A stretch of DNA of 64,000 nucleotides from Catajapyx aquilonaris. Taxonomy: Eukaryota. The DNA lies in assembly GCA_000934665.2 (NCBI GenBank), contig KZ538482.1, positions 1 to 64,000 on the forward strand. The letters are read 5' to 3'. Under the pieces are notes generated by a model. That model was not told where the DNA came from, did no database searches, and was given only the letters and a program-made list of their open reading frames with translations. Positions 1-12,219 of the stretch are shown in pieces. Position 1 is the stretch's first letter, and each line of letters starts with the position of its first letter. Made by a program: the position numbers and the translations under genes.

Positions 1-1076
1 TACATCTTGGGCGGAGAGAAGATTTTCTTGGTCGGTTTTATTAAGGTTCGTACACAGTTGAGAGGAGAGTGGAGATAGAGTTTATGGAGATGTTGAGATG
101 GCAGGCAGGATTGTCAGGAAGTGTTGAGAGTCTCAACGACTTTTGTCATATAAGTTCTGGACCCAGAAAAGGCATGGTGGGAATTGTCCTGGTACAGAGA
201 GAGGAGCGGATCCTTACCTCTTGGGCGTCGGAAAGATTTTTTTGGAAAGGGTTAAGGTTCGTACCCAGTTGAGAGGAGAGAGATGATTTCTGATTAGTTT
301 TATCTTGTGAAAGATGGCTGCTTATAGTTGGTTGCTTGGTTAATTTCTTTCCGACCAAATTTCATTATCACAATGAGTCCCTTCTTCATGACATCTGTCT
401 AAGTTCTCAAATGTATAAGGTGGTTAGAAGTGATTATTCGCTACCCGGCTGTACGCAGGACCCACCACGTGGAGGTGGTCGCGTTGTTCGGGTCCTATAC
501 CCATGCTCACTCAATCACTTTCCCATGTGGACACAAGTCTCCTCAAAATACTACTCTAGTATTGCAGGGACAAGAAGATCATGGCCTCTCTCATCATCCT
601 GGTATATACATGATGGTGAGAGAAAGGGAAGAAAGTCGGTTATTGCGAGTGACACTAAAGCCATATATCATACGGGCGTCGTATGCCTATGTGGTAAGTG
701 GTTGCCGTTCGAATCAGCGGGAGGAGAAAAGGGGGCAACACCAGTCTTATACTGGTTGGGCTACGTATATCGGCAAGGACGAACCGCAGGGGTTTACTAA
801 GCCTGCGTGAATGATAAATACATTAACTTACCAAAATCAAGATAGTTTCAGTTTAGTTAGTTTAAGTGGTTGAAGGGTGCAGGAGGACTGATGACACGAA
901 GATCGAATGGAATTCATACGAACATGATAGAGTTATCGTATCTAAGACAAATTCAATAATATTTGATGGTTGGCAACAACACAGTCATAATCGAGTCACT
1001 CAACTGTTGACCTAAGGAGGATACCGTGGAAACTGAATGATATAATAACAAGTTGAATGAATGAAATGTTTATTTA

Positions 1077-1508
1077 TTTTTTTATTTTTTTATTTTTTTT
1101 TATTTTTAATTACACCCTTGAAGCCTTCAGGCTTATGTAGGGGGGAGGTTTTTCGACCATTTTCTATCTCTCCGGTGCCAGGATGGAGGGGGGGACAGTG
1201 GTGCAAGTGCAATGTCTCATGGCGGAGGCCGTGTGCAGTCCCCCAGAGGGCTAGGTTGAAAGACGACCCTCTAGGTGCGGGTAAGAGACCTCCCACAAAC
1301 GCCGCACCTCCTCCAGTATGGGACAGGGATAGGAAAGGTAGGAAGCGGCTGTGGCCTACGATTAGGAAACAACTCCGGTATTCACCTGGGGGTGACCGTG
1401 GGAAACCACAGAAAACCACGGTCAGAGTTGCCGGCCTGGGGATTTGATCCCTGGACCTCCCGATTTGCAGCCGGATACCAAATCCCCTCAGCTACTGCTG
1501 CTTCGGTA
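1077..1508 (-). mobile_element. tRNA-derived SINE, apparently full length
   Basis: Minus strand shows a tRNA-like head, then the core GGTTTTCTGTGGTTTCCCACGGTC...TAGGCCACAGCCGCTTCC shared with two other copies in the window, then an A-rich tail. 13-bp target-site duplication AAATGTTTATTTA at 1064-1076 and 1509-1521. Confidence 0.85.
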
Positions 1509-3012
1509 AAATGTTTATTTAATAATAATGCAATGAAAATAAGGTAAAGCATATATTTATTTAAGCAGTTAGCATACGTAATTCCGCATGAAGTGTAGAG
1601 ATGATATTTACACAAAATAATATTCCAAATAATGTGTGACTGTTGTCACACATGGATTCCAGTTGCACGCATTGCTGCTCATAAGGAATTATTCACTTAT
1701 AATTTTATTTCGGGGTTCTATTACGTCCCTGGGTTTTTTGTGTAGGGGATCGGGCACTGCAGCCCGTCGGGCCGGATACGTGTTCAAAATATGAAGGCTG
1801 TACTTGCAACGGTTTTTGAGATATGCTTGACAGAAAAACGTCCTCCCAACAAGGAAAATTTTCATTGTTGTTTTTGCACGAGGATCTTACTTATAGGGAC
1901 TATCGTCCCTACAATAAACCCAAGGTTGTTTCAAAGATGAAGTCCAAATGTGCTATATTTCCCAATAGTTATAACAAAAAATGTGACTTGGTCACGAAAA
2001 GTGCGCATGTCACCGCCCTAGGGTTAACAGTATTTTTTTTGTCAGCTAAAACAAGAGTGTCATTGACAGAGTAATTGTTAAACTGTTGAGACAGCCATAT
2101 CAGAATGACGTGCGTCTTAGAAGAACCTGTAATCCCGTGTAAACGCAGAGGCAACATGTTTTTCACAGTTAGCATGCCTATATGATAGCTGGAATGATGC
2201 AGAAGTTTGCTTATAGTTCTGCTTACCACAACACTCTCCATTCAATGCAAGAAAAAAAAGCAGCAAACCCGCAGCTGCAGCAAACGTCCACATGGTTCCT
2301 TTCCCTTGACGTGTCCATCAGTGTCAGCTCTTTTATCACCCACCCAAGATGTATCCATTGTGTTCTGTTCATAATGGATTGTTCCCCGATTCAATTCCCC
2401 ATTTGCTAATCAATTGGAGTGCACGTTAGCAGATTCTGTACATGTAAAAAGTGCATACCAATGGGATACGCGAGTTCAACGCTTTAGTACTTCTGCAGTG
2501 TTGTATCCACAATAGAGTGTAATCTCACAAGTGTAAAGCCACATTTACTTGAGCGATTTGATCAGCGATGAAACCAATTCCTTCAGAGGAAAAACGGCAC
2601 ATCCCAGCACAGTGTGGGTCCGTAATGTTTGTCACAGTTTCTCAAAAAGAATAGCACATTTTACCAGTGAATCATGGTGAGGTTCTACGTAATTCAGTTG
2701 TCAGCTTCTTCACTAAATCAAATTGATTTTGGTAAGTGTGCTCCTAAACATATCATTTGGCGTTTGAACTAGGTTGCTACAGTCTAATTAGCACGTCTGA
2801 GAATTTCCTAAACCTGTAATTAGGTATTCCAGTAACAGGGTTCTACCAAAAACGCCTCAAGAATATTATTAAAGACACTTACAAAATGTATAAACTCTCT
2901 TTATTTATTAAAAACTGCGTTCCATAAACCAATGTGGTGGCAATGTTTCCTTTCCAACTGCATGGCACAACTTTTCTCCTAAATCCTGTAAAACTTTCCA
3001 GGTGGTCACATA

Positions 3013-5433
3013 TCACGTCCATTCTGGTCGGCGTCGAGACACCACTTGAACCTGCAAAAGTTCCAAGACCTTCAGTACTGCTACCATAACCCAGTATCAC
3101 ATTAATTTCATATTCAACCTGGGCAATGCTGACTAATAATGGCTGGCAGACACTACTGACAAGTTGGAAGAACGCGGCCATAAATCAGCATAAAAGAACA
3201 CTAGCAAGCTTGCCAAAGCAAGGCAGATTGAACTGATGGGATATACCAGCCGAATCATCATCATGTGATGATGATTCGGCTGGTATATCCCATCAGTTCA
3301 ATCTGCCTTGCGTGTCGTGTGTCTTACCCGAGGCTTGGGCTCAGCCGTCCTTGGCTTAGGATCAGGCCTGCATCCCATCATCCAACCTCGAACATCCCAT
3401 CGAATACCCTTCCACGTTTCCTCTCCAGGCAGCTTCATGTGGTCCCATCCTGACTTGTAGTGGTGGTAGCGAGACACAGGGTCGCACTTCAGAGATTTCT
3501 TCTTCTTCGGAATTCCACTGTGGACAGGGCAGGATCTCGCGGAAGATGAGCGCTCGACTGCGTGGAGGTGGTGGGGGCAAGCAGTGGTGGGGCAAATCTT
3601 GCAAGGTGGTCGGGACCAGTAAGTCGTCTTGCCATGGCTCGAATCCAAAGGAAGGGTTTCGGATGAAGAATGATCTTCGCTGTCTGGGGTGTTTGTTGAT
3701 GAAGATAGATCCTGGAGAGACTCTTCCTCTGTATCATATGCCACACCTGCCAAGACATTGGGCAACATCACATTAATGGACAGTTTCAATATAAATGACA
3801 ATAATTTCATTGCCTGTGAGTCCCGCAAAATGCTTAGTTTCTTTCCCACTGACACTTGACTAGCAATACTTACTGAATGTGGATTCTATGAATGACTCCT
3901 CAATGCAAGGCTTTCCTCCTTCAAAGCCCCTGCAATAAAACATTTCAGTTACAATTACACCACAGATAAATACTTCAAGGTTCATTCACATGCTGTATGA
4001 CCTTAATAACATGCTGGATTACACACTAGGATCTTAGACCATATATACCTGTAGACGCTCCCCTCCCATTTACAAGCAAACGCAGAAGTGGGCCCAACAT
4101 CTCCGAGGGGGGNTCCGAGGGGGGGGGGGGGGATCACGTGACGACTGGCAAAAGGGAGGCAGCAATACTAATTAGACTGGCGCCTTATGGCGATTCCGAC
4201 TTGCTTTGCGCCGTCACTAAGGCGCCACGCTAATTCGTATTCCCGCCTCCCTTTTGCCCTAAGTCACGTGATCCCCCCCTTGGGAGATGATGGACCCACT
4301 TTTGAGAGGGAGAGGGAGCGTCTACTGGTATATATGGTCTAAGATTATGATGCAGTATATTGGTGATCAGTCAAATCAGTAGCTAATGTCATTTAATTTG
4401 GAGCTTTATTTTCATGAATATGCCAAACTGAAATTGAAAAATTACACATCTTCACCTATTTGAGTGATACTATTTGAGTGATATTCATCGCTGCGCAAAT
4501 AGCTCGCATGTAAACACAGCATCATTTAAAAAGACGAAGCCTACTCTATTCTCGTATAGGGAATCTAGACCAAGACATTCGAGAGGAAGAGTTCACAGAA
4601 GTTTCCACTATAACCAATCAAGAATGGGGTTGCAAACTGACGGGTGATAATATTTATCCATACTCTGATAAATATATTTTATATTAATAACCTCCAACTC
4701 CCCCTTCATGACTGGTCACAAGGTAAGTTCCAGCCATACTTTCACTGCAAGTCTATTTCACTTCATTTAATATTTCACTTCATTTAATATTTATTTCCAT
4801 GTTCATAAACTTCCACCTTAAATTCATGAACAGAAAAAAGTGCCTAGTTGTCTAAACTTTCAAGCTGCACGGACATCCAGTTTATAGTCCATAAAAACGC
4901 CACCCTTTAAATGTGTAAAAATGCATAATGTCGTACCTGAAAACTTTTTTCTTCATGAATCTCGTTTCCTGAGTGAAGTCATGGCCTCTTGTTGGTGGAT
5001 GACTCACTGGAGAGCGTCTCAAAGGCTCTTGGTGCGTACTCTTGCTTTTTGGCTTCTCCTTGAACTCAACAATCTTCACATCTTTTTTTTCGACTTCTGT
5101 CATATGGTTTTCTAGATCTGAAGTAGAGAAATTTAGTCATAACCCTTGAGACGAAAACATCGTAATTATTTAGGCTGCGATGGTTCAGATGGTGGCACAT
5201 ATTTCCTTCTAAGCAGATCTGCTGAAACCCTTCACCATTTATTAAGAGTGTTTGTGACATGATCCCTTGAGAGTGCGTTAAAAGTGGCTGCGGTCCACCC
5301 TTTTTTCTACCATCCCCCATACGCAATACCTACCTCTCACGAAGCTATCCAGGAGCTCCTCCGGCACATCATCAAGCTTGAGCTTACTCAGGTGCTTCAG
5401 CACAAGACCTCTGTCAATGTAAACGGTCGTCAT
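3013..5433 (-). CDS. HYLS1: Hydrolethalus syndrome protein 1 homologue (centriole/ciliogenesis protein)
   Basis: Exons 5433-5334 (MTTVYIDRGLVLKHLSKLKLDDVPEELLDSFVR), 5117-4937 (DLENH...FMKKKVFR), 3929-3874 (GFEGGKPCIEESFIES), 3746-3328 and a probable last exon 3051-3013 (VQVVSRRRPEWT*). All GT-AG and phase-consistent. KCDPVSRYHHYKSGWDHMKLPGEETWKGIRWDVRGWMM matches the HYLS1 C-terminal box as recalled. Last exon uncertain; read-through of the donor would stop at 3298. Confidence 0.85.
3218..3311. repeat. Perfect 46-bp inverted repeat with 2-nt spacer
   Basis: 3218-3263 (GCAAGGCAGATTGAACTGATGGGATATACCAGCCGAATCATCATCA) is the exact reverse complement of 3266-3311. Confidence 0.97.
4031..4345. 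mobile_element. Foldback MITE in a HYLS1 intron
   Basis: Ends ATCTTAGACCATATATACC / GGTATATATGGTCTAAGAT. Inverted blocks continue inward (GTAGACGCTCCC, GATCACGTGAC, GGCAAAAGGGAGGC, TGGCGCCTTA), so almost the whole element is self-complementary. No ORF. Confidence 0.8.
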
Positions 5434-5654
5434 CGCCTCACCTGTGGAACACAGAATAAAATATCGAAACTCCCCCAGCTCTGATGGTACCCCCCAGAGC
5501 GATACGTACCGTGGGACCTACCTGGCATACCCAGAGGTACGGCTGACCGTGCAGGGGACAACAAGCCGCCGTCGATCCACTCGTAGACACTCCAACGTTG
5601 GCCCGACAACCTGCCGACAATAAATTCGAACAGTAACAAACAGGTAGTGGGGGG

Positions 5655-5668
5655 GTTGTCATGAAAAC
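5655..5668. promoter_or_regulatory. RFX X-box in the divergent HYLS1 / RNase T2-1 promoter
   Basis: GTTGTCATGAAAAC fits the X-box consensus GTHNYYATRRNAAC at all 14 positions, about 220 bp upstream of the HYLS1 ATG. CCAAT boxes near 5735 and 5769. Confidence 0.7.
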
Positions 5669-6078
5669 CGTTGGCACAGGTAGTAAGCGACATTTTTTTT
5701 ATGCATAAAACATGAAAGCGCGCAACTTGGCACTGATTGGGTGAAATTTATGATCGGACACGATCGGACCAATCAGCGCATTGTGTTGTTTGCTACACTC
5801 GTTCCCGGTTAAACCTTGTTTAATGAGCAAATTTTGTTAAAAAATATTACGCACACTTTTTCTTGTAATATTTATTGCTCATTAAATTTAGCTGTGTGTC
5901 CTTTATTCCTTTCCAACCGTCGCCATACGCGGCCTTGTTCTGTTGTTCACATAGGACCTTCTTGATAAGGCTTTTATCTTGCCTTTTTTTTTTGCGCGTG
6001 TGTAAAAATATTTTTTTGCGGTTATCTCTGTATGTCTGCCAGTTCATTCATTATTATAGTCATTAAAACTTGCGGAAA

Positions 6079-8731
6079 ATGTACGCACTGCACGTAATTT
6101 GCATCTCCTCACTGCTGGTGGTTCCTATTACATGGCATTTAAGGTGAGTATAATGTGTATTTATATGTATGGATGTTGGCATTTTTTTTATTATAATTAC
6201 CATCATCATAATTATCAATACACTGGATTAACAGTTAAGTTGAATTAATGAACATTGCCAGTAGTTTCTTAACCCTGGAACCGTGCCGTGCCTACGAGTA
6301 TTACAGCAACCGTGCCGTGGGGTCTTTTCGGACCCCACCATATTTTAATTTTTATTAATTATTATACTAATACTTTTCAATGTATTGACTATATACAGTA
6401 CCATCATGCTTTGAACAATGCCTAAAAGGATCGCTAATTCAAAATAAAGATGCACTTCCTGTTATATACTGTAAAAAAAAATGGCAAAAGTTCATTGTAA
6501 TTATCATTTTAATGCATTTTTTTACCTTGGGGTCCGAAAAAACCCCATGGCATGGTACCAGGGTTAATTTAATAACTACTGACATTGTGTATACCGTATC
6601 AACAAATGTTTGTCGACATTGTTTGACTTGACATTGTTGTTTTATGCAATACAAATTGTCTGGCTTCTAGTACATGATTCCTTTTACTTTCAGCAATTCG
6701 GAGACGAGAGTGGTGAACTTGAATTGGTTTTACGAGTCTGTAACAAGCAAAGTGTAGGTTTTTGTCATTTACATGTCTGCATGCTGCGCCACTGCATGTG
6801 CAATGTTTTGCATGCCCACTTATTAGTTCTTGTGTGTGTTAACATGCTGGTTCTTGCAGTGCTGCCGCAACGAGCAATGACAGCTGGGACTACATGGTTT
6901 TCACTCAGCGATGGCCAATCAGCTTTTGTTACGTGTGGGAGGAGAAGTCCCCTTCAAACTGGTGCAGCATGCCTACGGATCCAGATCAGTGGACCATTCA
7001 CGGCATTTGGCCCAATAAGAATGGCCAGAAGGGGCCGAACTTCTGCAACAACACGTGGCCATTTGACGTGAACCAGCTGGAGTCATTTGAAGATGTCTTG
7101 GAACAGAGGTGGCCCAATTTGGAAGGCGGGACGGGTGTCCAGAGTCTGTGGGAGCATGAGTGGAAAAAGCACGGCACCTGCGCCGCTGAACTGAACTCAA
7201 TGAATAGTGTTGGGAAGTACTTCAAGCAAGGATTGCTGCTCAATTCTAGATTCAACTTGACCAAAATCCTTCTCGATGGAGGAATCACACCCAAGTTCTG
7301 TGGTAATTACAGCGCTAAACAGATTGTCAGTGCTGTTCAGAAGAGTCTTGGAACCAATGTCCAAGTGACATGTGTCAAAGATAAGGTCAGTATTTTATTT
7401 GATGACTTAACTCTCGGAAAATTTGTCTGGCCGAAGAAGAGCCAGGAGAGTTTGTTATTCATTGTTGACAGAATTGTTGACAACAAACTAACCGGGCTCT
7501 TCTTCAGCCAGACAAATTTTCCAGGAGCCGGTGCAACCCAGCCTAAGTTAATTAATGAAGTTTTAGGGTATTTTTGTAAGAAAAATTATTACTTTTTAAC
7601 TGATGCAATACATACGCCATGTTAACTGGTAACATGCAATTTATTGTTGATGAACATTTATGAGTACTAGTACAGTACACTCACTCCCCAACAAATTTTT
7701 GTCTTCAAATAGAAGATTACGGCATGCAAAAATATTATGAAATTGTGTTTTTCCACACTTCACTGCAAGCCTGTACGGGCATAACTTGAACTTTGAATGT
7801 GGTGTAGGTAAAATTAACGATAATAATTGCTCTCGTCGCTTGCACATGCCTCAGATTTCATCACAGGAGCATTATGAATATTAAGGGTGTTGCATTAATA
7901 TATTTATGTACTTTGAACATCAAAATGGTTGCATAAAGAAATACATTTTAGAGCTGAGTCATAAGTTATCTGGGAAATCATACTCAACTGCAATGTCACA
8001 ACATGTGATGTGATATCAGCTAAAACTGAACTCTAGTACAGTGAGGCAAAATGTGAACATTCATAACATTTCACAAGATATGTGCAATTTTCCATTATGC
8101 TGACCTTTGATTATTTAAAACAAAAACAAAATGCTAGCCACTTCGTAGGACAGTGCAGTGATGTAGTTGTTAGCACAACTTTCCACTCCATCTCCCACTT
8201 GATGGTCGAGCAAAGGGAATTTCTTACATGTCAAGAGTCTGCAAGAGATGTTTGTGTAGTGTTCTTTCTGTCCTCCAATTTTCTTCCACTATAAAAAACC
8301 ATCAGTACAGTGATAAATGAATAACATTGGGTTGGTTAAAAAGAAATCAACTAAAAGGTCACAAGGGTATCATACGATAACCTATTATTGTTGTTGGTGG
8401 TGTTGTCATTATGATAACCACTTGATTACTGAGTAAAAATACATTGAAATTATTATTACACTGTTTAAATTTATGCACATTGGTTATTCTTTCTATGTAC
8501 TGTAATTTAATTTCTTTTTTTTTTCCCCTGCAGAAGGGAGTGCACTTTCTCCAAGAAATTGAGATATGTTTGGACAAAACTTTCCAACCAATCAACTGCA
8601 CCAGTACAAAAAATGTGGAAAAGCCTAAGGAAAAACTTCAGTATGGCTCAGGAGTCTGTCCAAAAGGGAAGGTCATCAACTACCCAAAGTCTGTACCTGG
8701 ATTTGGCGAAAACTGCATAGCCAAATTTTAA
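6079..8731 (+). CDS. Ribonuclease T2 family protein, paralogue 1 (RNase X25-like, secreted/lysosomal)
   Basis: Exons 6079-6143 (signal peptide MYALHVICISSLLVVPITWHL), 6860-7385, 8534-8731. CAS I WTIHGIWP, CAS II LWEHEWKKHGTC, C-terminal LQEIEICLD. Confidence 0.93.
6273..6563. mobile_element. piggyBac-type MITE in RNase T2-1 intron 1
   Basis: TTAA at 6269-6272 and 6564-6567. Ends CCCTGGAACCGTGCCGTG / CATGGCATGGTACCAGGG, with subterminal GGGGTCTTTTCGGACCCC / GGGGTCCGAAAAAACCCC. Confidence 0.85.
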
Positions 8732-8771
8732 TTATTCAGGGATGTCATTCTGAACTTTTCTTACATGTGTA

Positions 8772-9072
8772 CAGGGTGTTCCAGTTTGATGTCAGTTTTA
8801 GTTTGCAATTTTTTGGCACGTTATTTTTGAAGTGGTTATCAAAAGTACCATATTAGGTGCTAGTGTGGACCCATCATTTTTTATACCTGCAAGAAACAGA
8901 TTCTGTCGTTGACATTAGATGCCAATTGTTCCATTAATGAATTCAGGTTGGAAAAAAAGGGCGTTAAAAGCAGGGGCGTTATATCGAGGTTTTACTGTCT
9001 CCCAAAGTAAAATTAAGCAGGTTGGGCCAAAAAATTGCTAACTGAATCAAGCATTTCAATTTAAATACCCTG
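8772..9072. mobile_element. Degenerate Tc1/mariner-like MITE just after the RNase T2-1 stop
   Basis: TA-CAGGGTG at the left end and TACCCTG-TA at the right, with imperfect inverted subterminal sequence. Confidence 0.45.
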
Positions 9073-12000
9073 TATACAGTGTGTTCTCAAGTGTGGTTGA
9101 ATGTTGTAACTGATACATAATGTGATCGGGGCACAAAATACTACATACCAATAACAATGTTGGACAAAATTAGTTACATCTTTAAAAAAATGAATACTTG
9201 GAACACATTGTATTACCTTTTTTATGTTTGTGCTTCAACCGACTTTTAATTTTTCTGATAGGTTTAGTGAACCAATGGTAAGAACTTCATTTCCCATTAT
9301 TGTCATGGGTATAATTATTATATGATTATTATTTAAGAGCATCGTTAAATCTGTGATTAGTAATCTAATTGCTCACATGTCAGCAGTGATCACTGACAAC
9401 AAAAGCACCTGTTCTTCAAACACATCTCGTTCCTTGACAGTTTCCAAGTTGGTTCCATGGTTCCACTCTCCTTTCTCTTTTCCCCTCGGGTTGTTGTGTT
9501 AAGGAGCTTCCCCAGTTATGTCATCATTGATGTCAGTTTTCTTTCTCCAGAAAAATGGAGTACATAAATAATGCCTTCCACGTTTTAAAGACATTAATGA
9601 GCTATTAAAGGCAAGTGATATCAGTATCCCAGGTACCATTACTGCACAGTGGCACACTGGTAACAGTCATGTCCACGGATAGAAAGAATCTGGAGCTCTG
9701 TACTCCAGATAGGGGTGTAATTTGTGGATGTGAGCAACATCTTGGAAGTTATTTATTTAAAAGGGAGCTGACACATTTTCAATATCACTGTGAGTGTGAA
9801 TTTTTAACACACAAAACAGTTAACTGTGATTCAAGGAAGCAGGGTATAATAGTGGGTATAGTAGTGCTAGGGGTAACTCGCACGTGGCCATTGCTGTCCA
9901 AGTTTTTTGAACCTTGGAAGACAACTTGTATGAGGGCTATTCAACGTTCCTAGAGTCAAGAGCTGTATGGTTGTGGTTGTGTTTGATTACTATATTTTTG
10001 AATGTTAAAGGTGTGTTGGACTTTTATTTTACTACAGTCAGGTGCGTTTACAACAACTTCTGTTATTAGGTGAACAACTGAGTGGATTTGTGAAAGAGTG
10101 AAAATGAAGTGTGTTGTAATAAATTATGTGAATTTTATTACCAAACGTTTTGCCTTAGCTCATTACCTCTCCTAAGTATAACACTGCAACAAAACCAGAA
10201 ACTTGAGGTGTCTTTTTGACTCGGGCAACATCTCTTACGGACAGTGAGTTGCTAAAAGCTGGAAAGAAGACAAACAACTTCTTATTAATGGATGACAAAC
10301 TGAAGTTATTACCTGGAATTTAGGCCTGGTTGTATAAACAGAAATTTCAAAAATACTTTCAATTTTGTATGGGATTCTTCATAAAGGTACTGTATGTAAT
10401 ATTTTCTCTGAATTTGTGTTCATATAACCAGGCCCTGATAGCTATTTTTCTTCGGCAGTTTTTCAGAAGCAACAAAGAATCTCAAAATCATCGTTCTTGA
10501 AGAAATGTGAGGACCTGCTTTGCGTTTGCTCAACAATGCCCAAAACTATGGAAATTGGATTAGGTGGAGAGCTTAGAGAACATTTGTTTGGGAAAGTGCA
10601 CTTGCTTAATCAAAGCATGGATATTAATTGGATTATAAGCTGCACCAATGAGCTGATATGTATTATTGTTGAAACATTATGGTTGTCAAAAGTGAACATA
10701 CAGTGGGTTTTAAAAACTGATTAATGTCACCTTTCACCGTCATGAGGTGTCATGGCCTAAGGAGTCAATGTCCCCGCCATGAGAGAGACAAAGCTGCGAA
10801 GTTTTCTAGACTGATAATGATCCATAGCAACTCTGTTTAGTGCACGATACTGGGAACTCCTACTATTACAGAAGATATGGTTGTTTCCATAGCTTATCAA
10901 TTTGCTTTATAATACTATCGCTCTTTCAGATCTGGATTCATATGAGAGCAGTATGGCAGGGTACACATGTCACGTATATGTCATCTCTCTTCTTATTCTT
11001 ATTTCTACACTGGGGCAGTGCAAGTGAGTGGATACATTAATTTTTGTTATTTTTAGCTGCGACCATAGCTGCAAGAAAGTTGTGAAACTCTACTTGTCAT
11101 TTTGGATACACTAGTCCTGCAATTGTGTTGGCTTAGCTATATCAAGAATCCCACCCTTTATAATGAATCATTCATCACTGAACATGCTGTTAATCAGACA
11201 GCTTTGTGTGATGTGGTGAGAAGAATTTTTTCCAAATTATTCCAATTCAATATCAGTGTCTTAACATTATAGCAAATTCTCCTGTATTTTCAAATATTCG
11301 TGCTTTCATAAAACTACTTTATTGTTTACAACTGCATGGCATAATATTCATGGAACATAACGAACATTGTTTAATTGGCACAGACATTAATGCCCGTCTT
11401 GTGTCTGATTTTCTCCTCTCTCATGGGTAGAAGGATATTCCTTCATAATTAATCTCCACTTCTGAGCACTATTTAAGGACAAGAGGAGCTTATTTATGCA
11501 GAGAAAGTATTGCTCCCGTTCTGATAACCGAGGTAATTCCCCGCTGAAGATGTACTCATGTGATTATTGGTTCTAGATAATGCAGTGCACCTAGGGCAAA
11601 ATCTCCCTGATATTCACAATGGATTCCTGACTAAAGATTATATCACACGATATGAGTTCATGCAGCAGTGAATGGTTGTGTGTCTATCAGTAGAAATTTT
11701 TGTTATGTGTTCAGTTTTTTCTAAGGAAAGAGAGGGATCTGGTACATTCCACACAGGAAATTAACCTCTCCAAGCGATACATCATGTTTTTTAACTTTTA
11801 AAATAAATTATCAAAATAATTTGGAACAATTGTAAAACAGACCTTTTATGTAAATTCTAATACTGTGAAACCTACTTAAAGCAGACTTGCTTGGTTCTGA
11901 AAAAATGTTTCATTCTGAACTAGTTTTTATCATAATTATGTAGCAACAAATACATCACAAATCTTCCATCAAGGTCAAATTTACTGTACACATGGTTTAG

Positions 12001-12219
12001 ATTCCACTGTATCCAGAGTACACTGTAGACAGGGATTTCATTGTATGTGCCGTTTTGCACCAATCTAGGTCACTCGAGCATTGAAGGAAGTTTTTCATAT
12101 GCTAATTTATTGGAGAGAATGTGTAGGGTATATATTGCACAGTGATAAATCCTACTTGTGAATTCTTAGCAGAGAGCACAAAACTGTAGTAAAAAGAGTG
12201 ACATTTGCTTCATTTTTAG

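Noticed and set aside
888..1035. Hammerhead ribozyme cores (CTGATGA at 888; CTAAGGA...GAAAC near 1011-1033)
   Set aside because: No paired stem II leading to GAAA, and the cores are degenerate.
1061..1547. ORFs of 90-128 aa
   Set aside because: They lie within the SINE.
11672..11741. Alternative signal exon for RNase T2-2 (MVVCLSVEIFVMCSVFSKEREGS)
   Set aside because: Phase-compatible with acceptor 12228, but a weaker donor and poorer hydrophobic core than 10978-11023.
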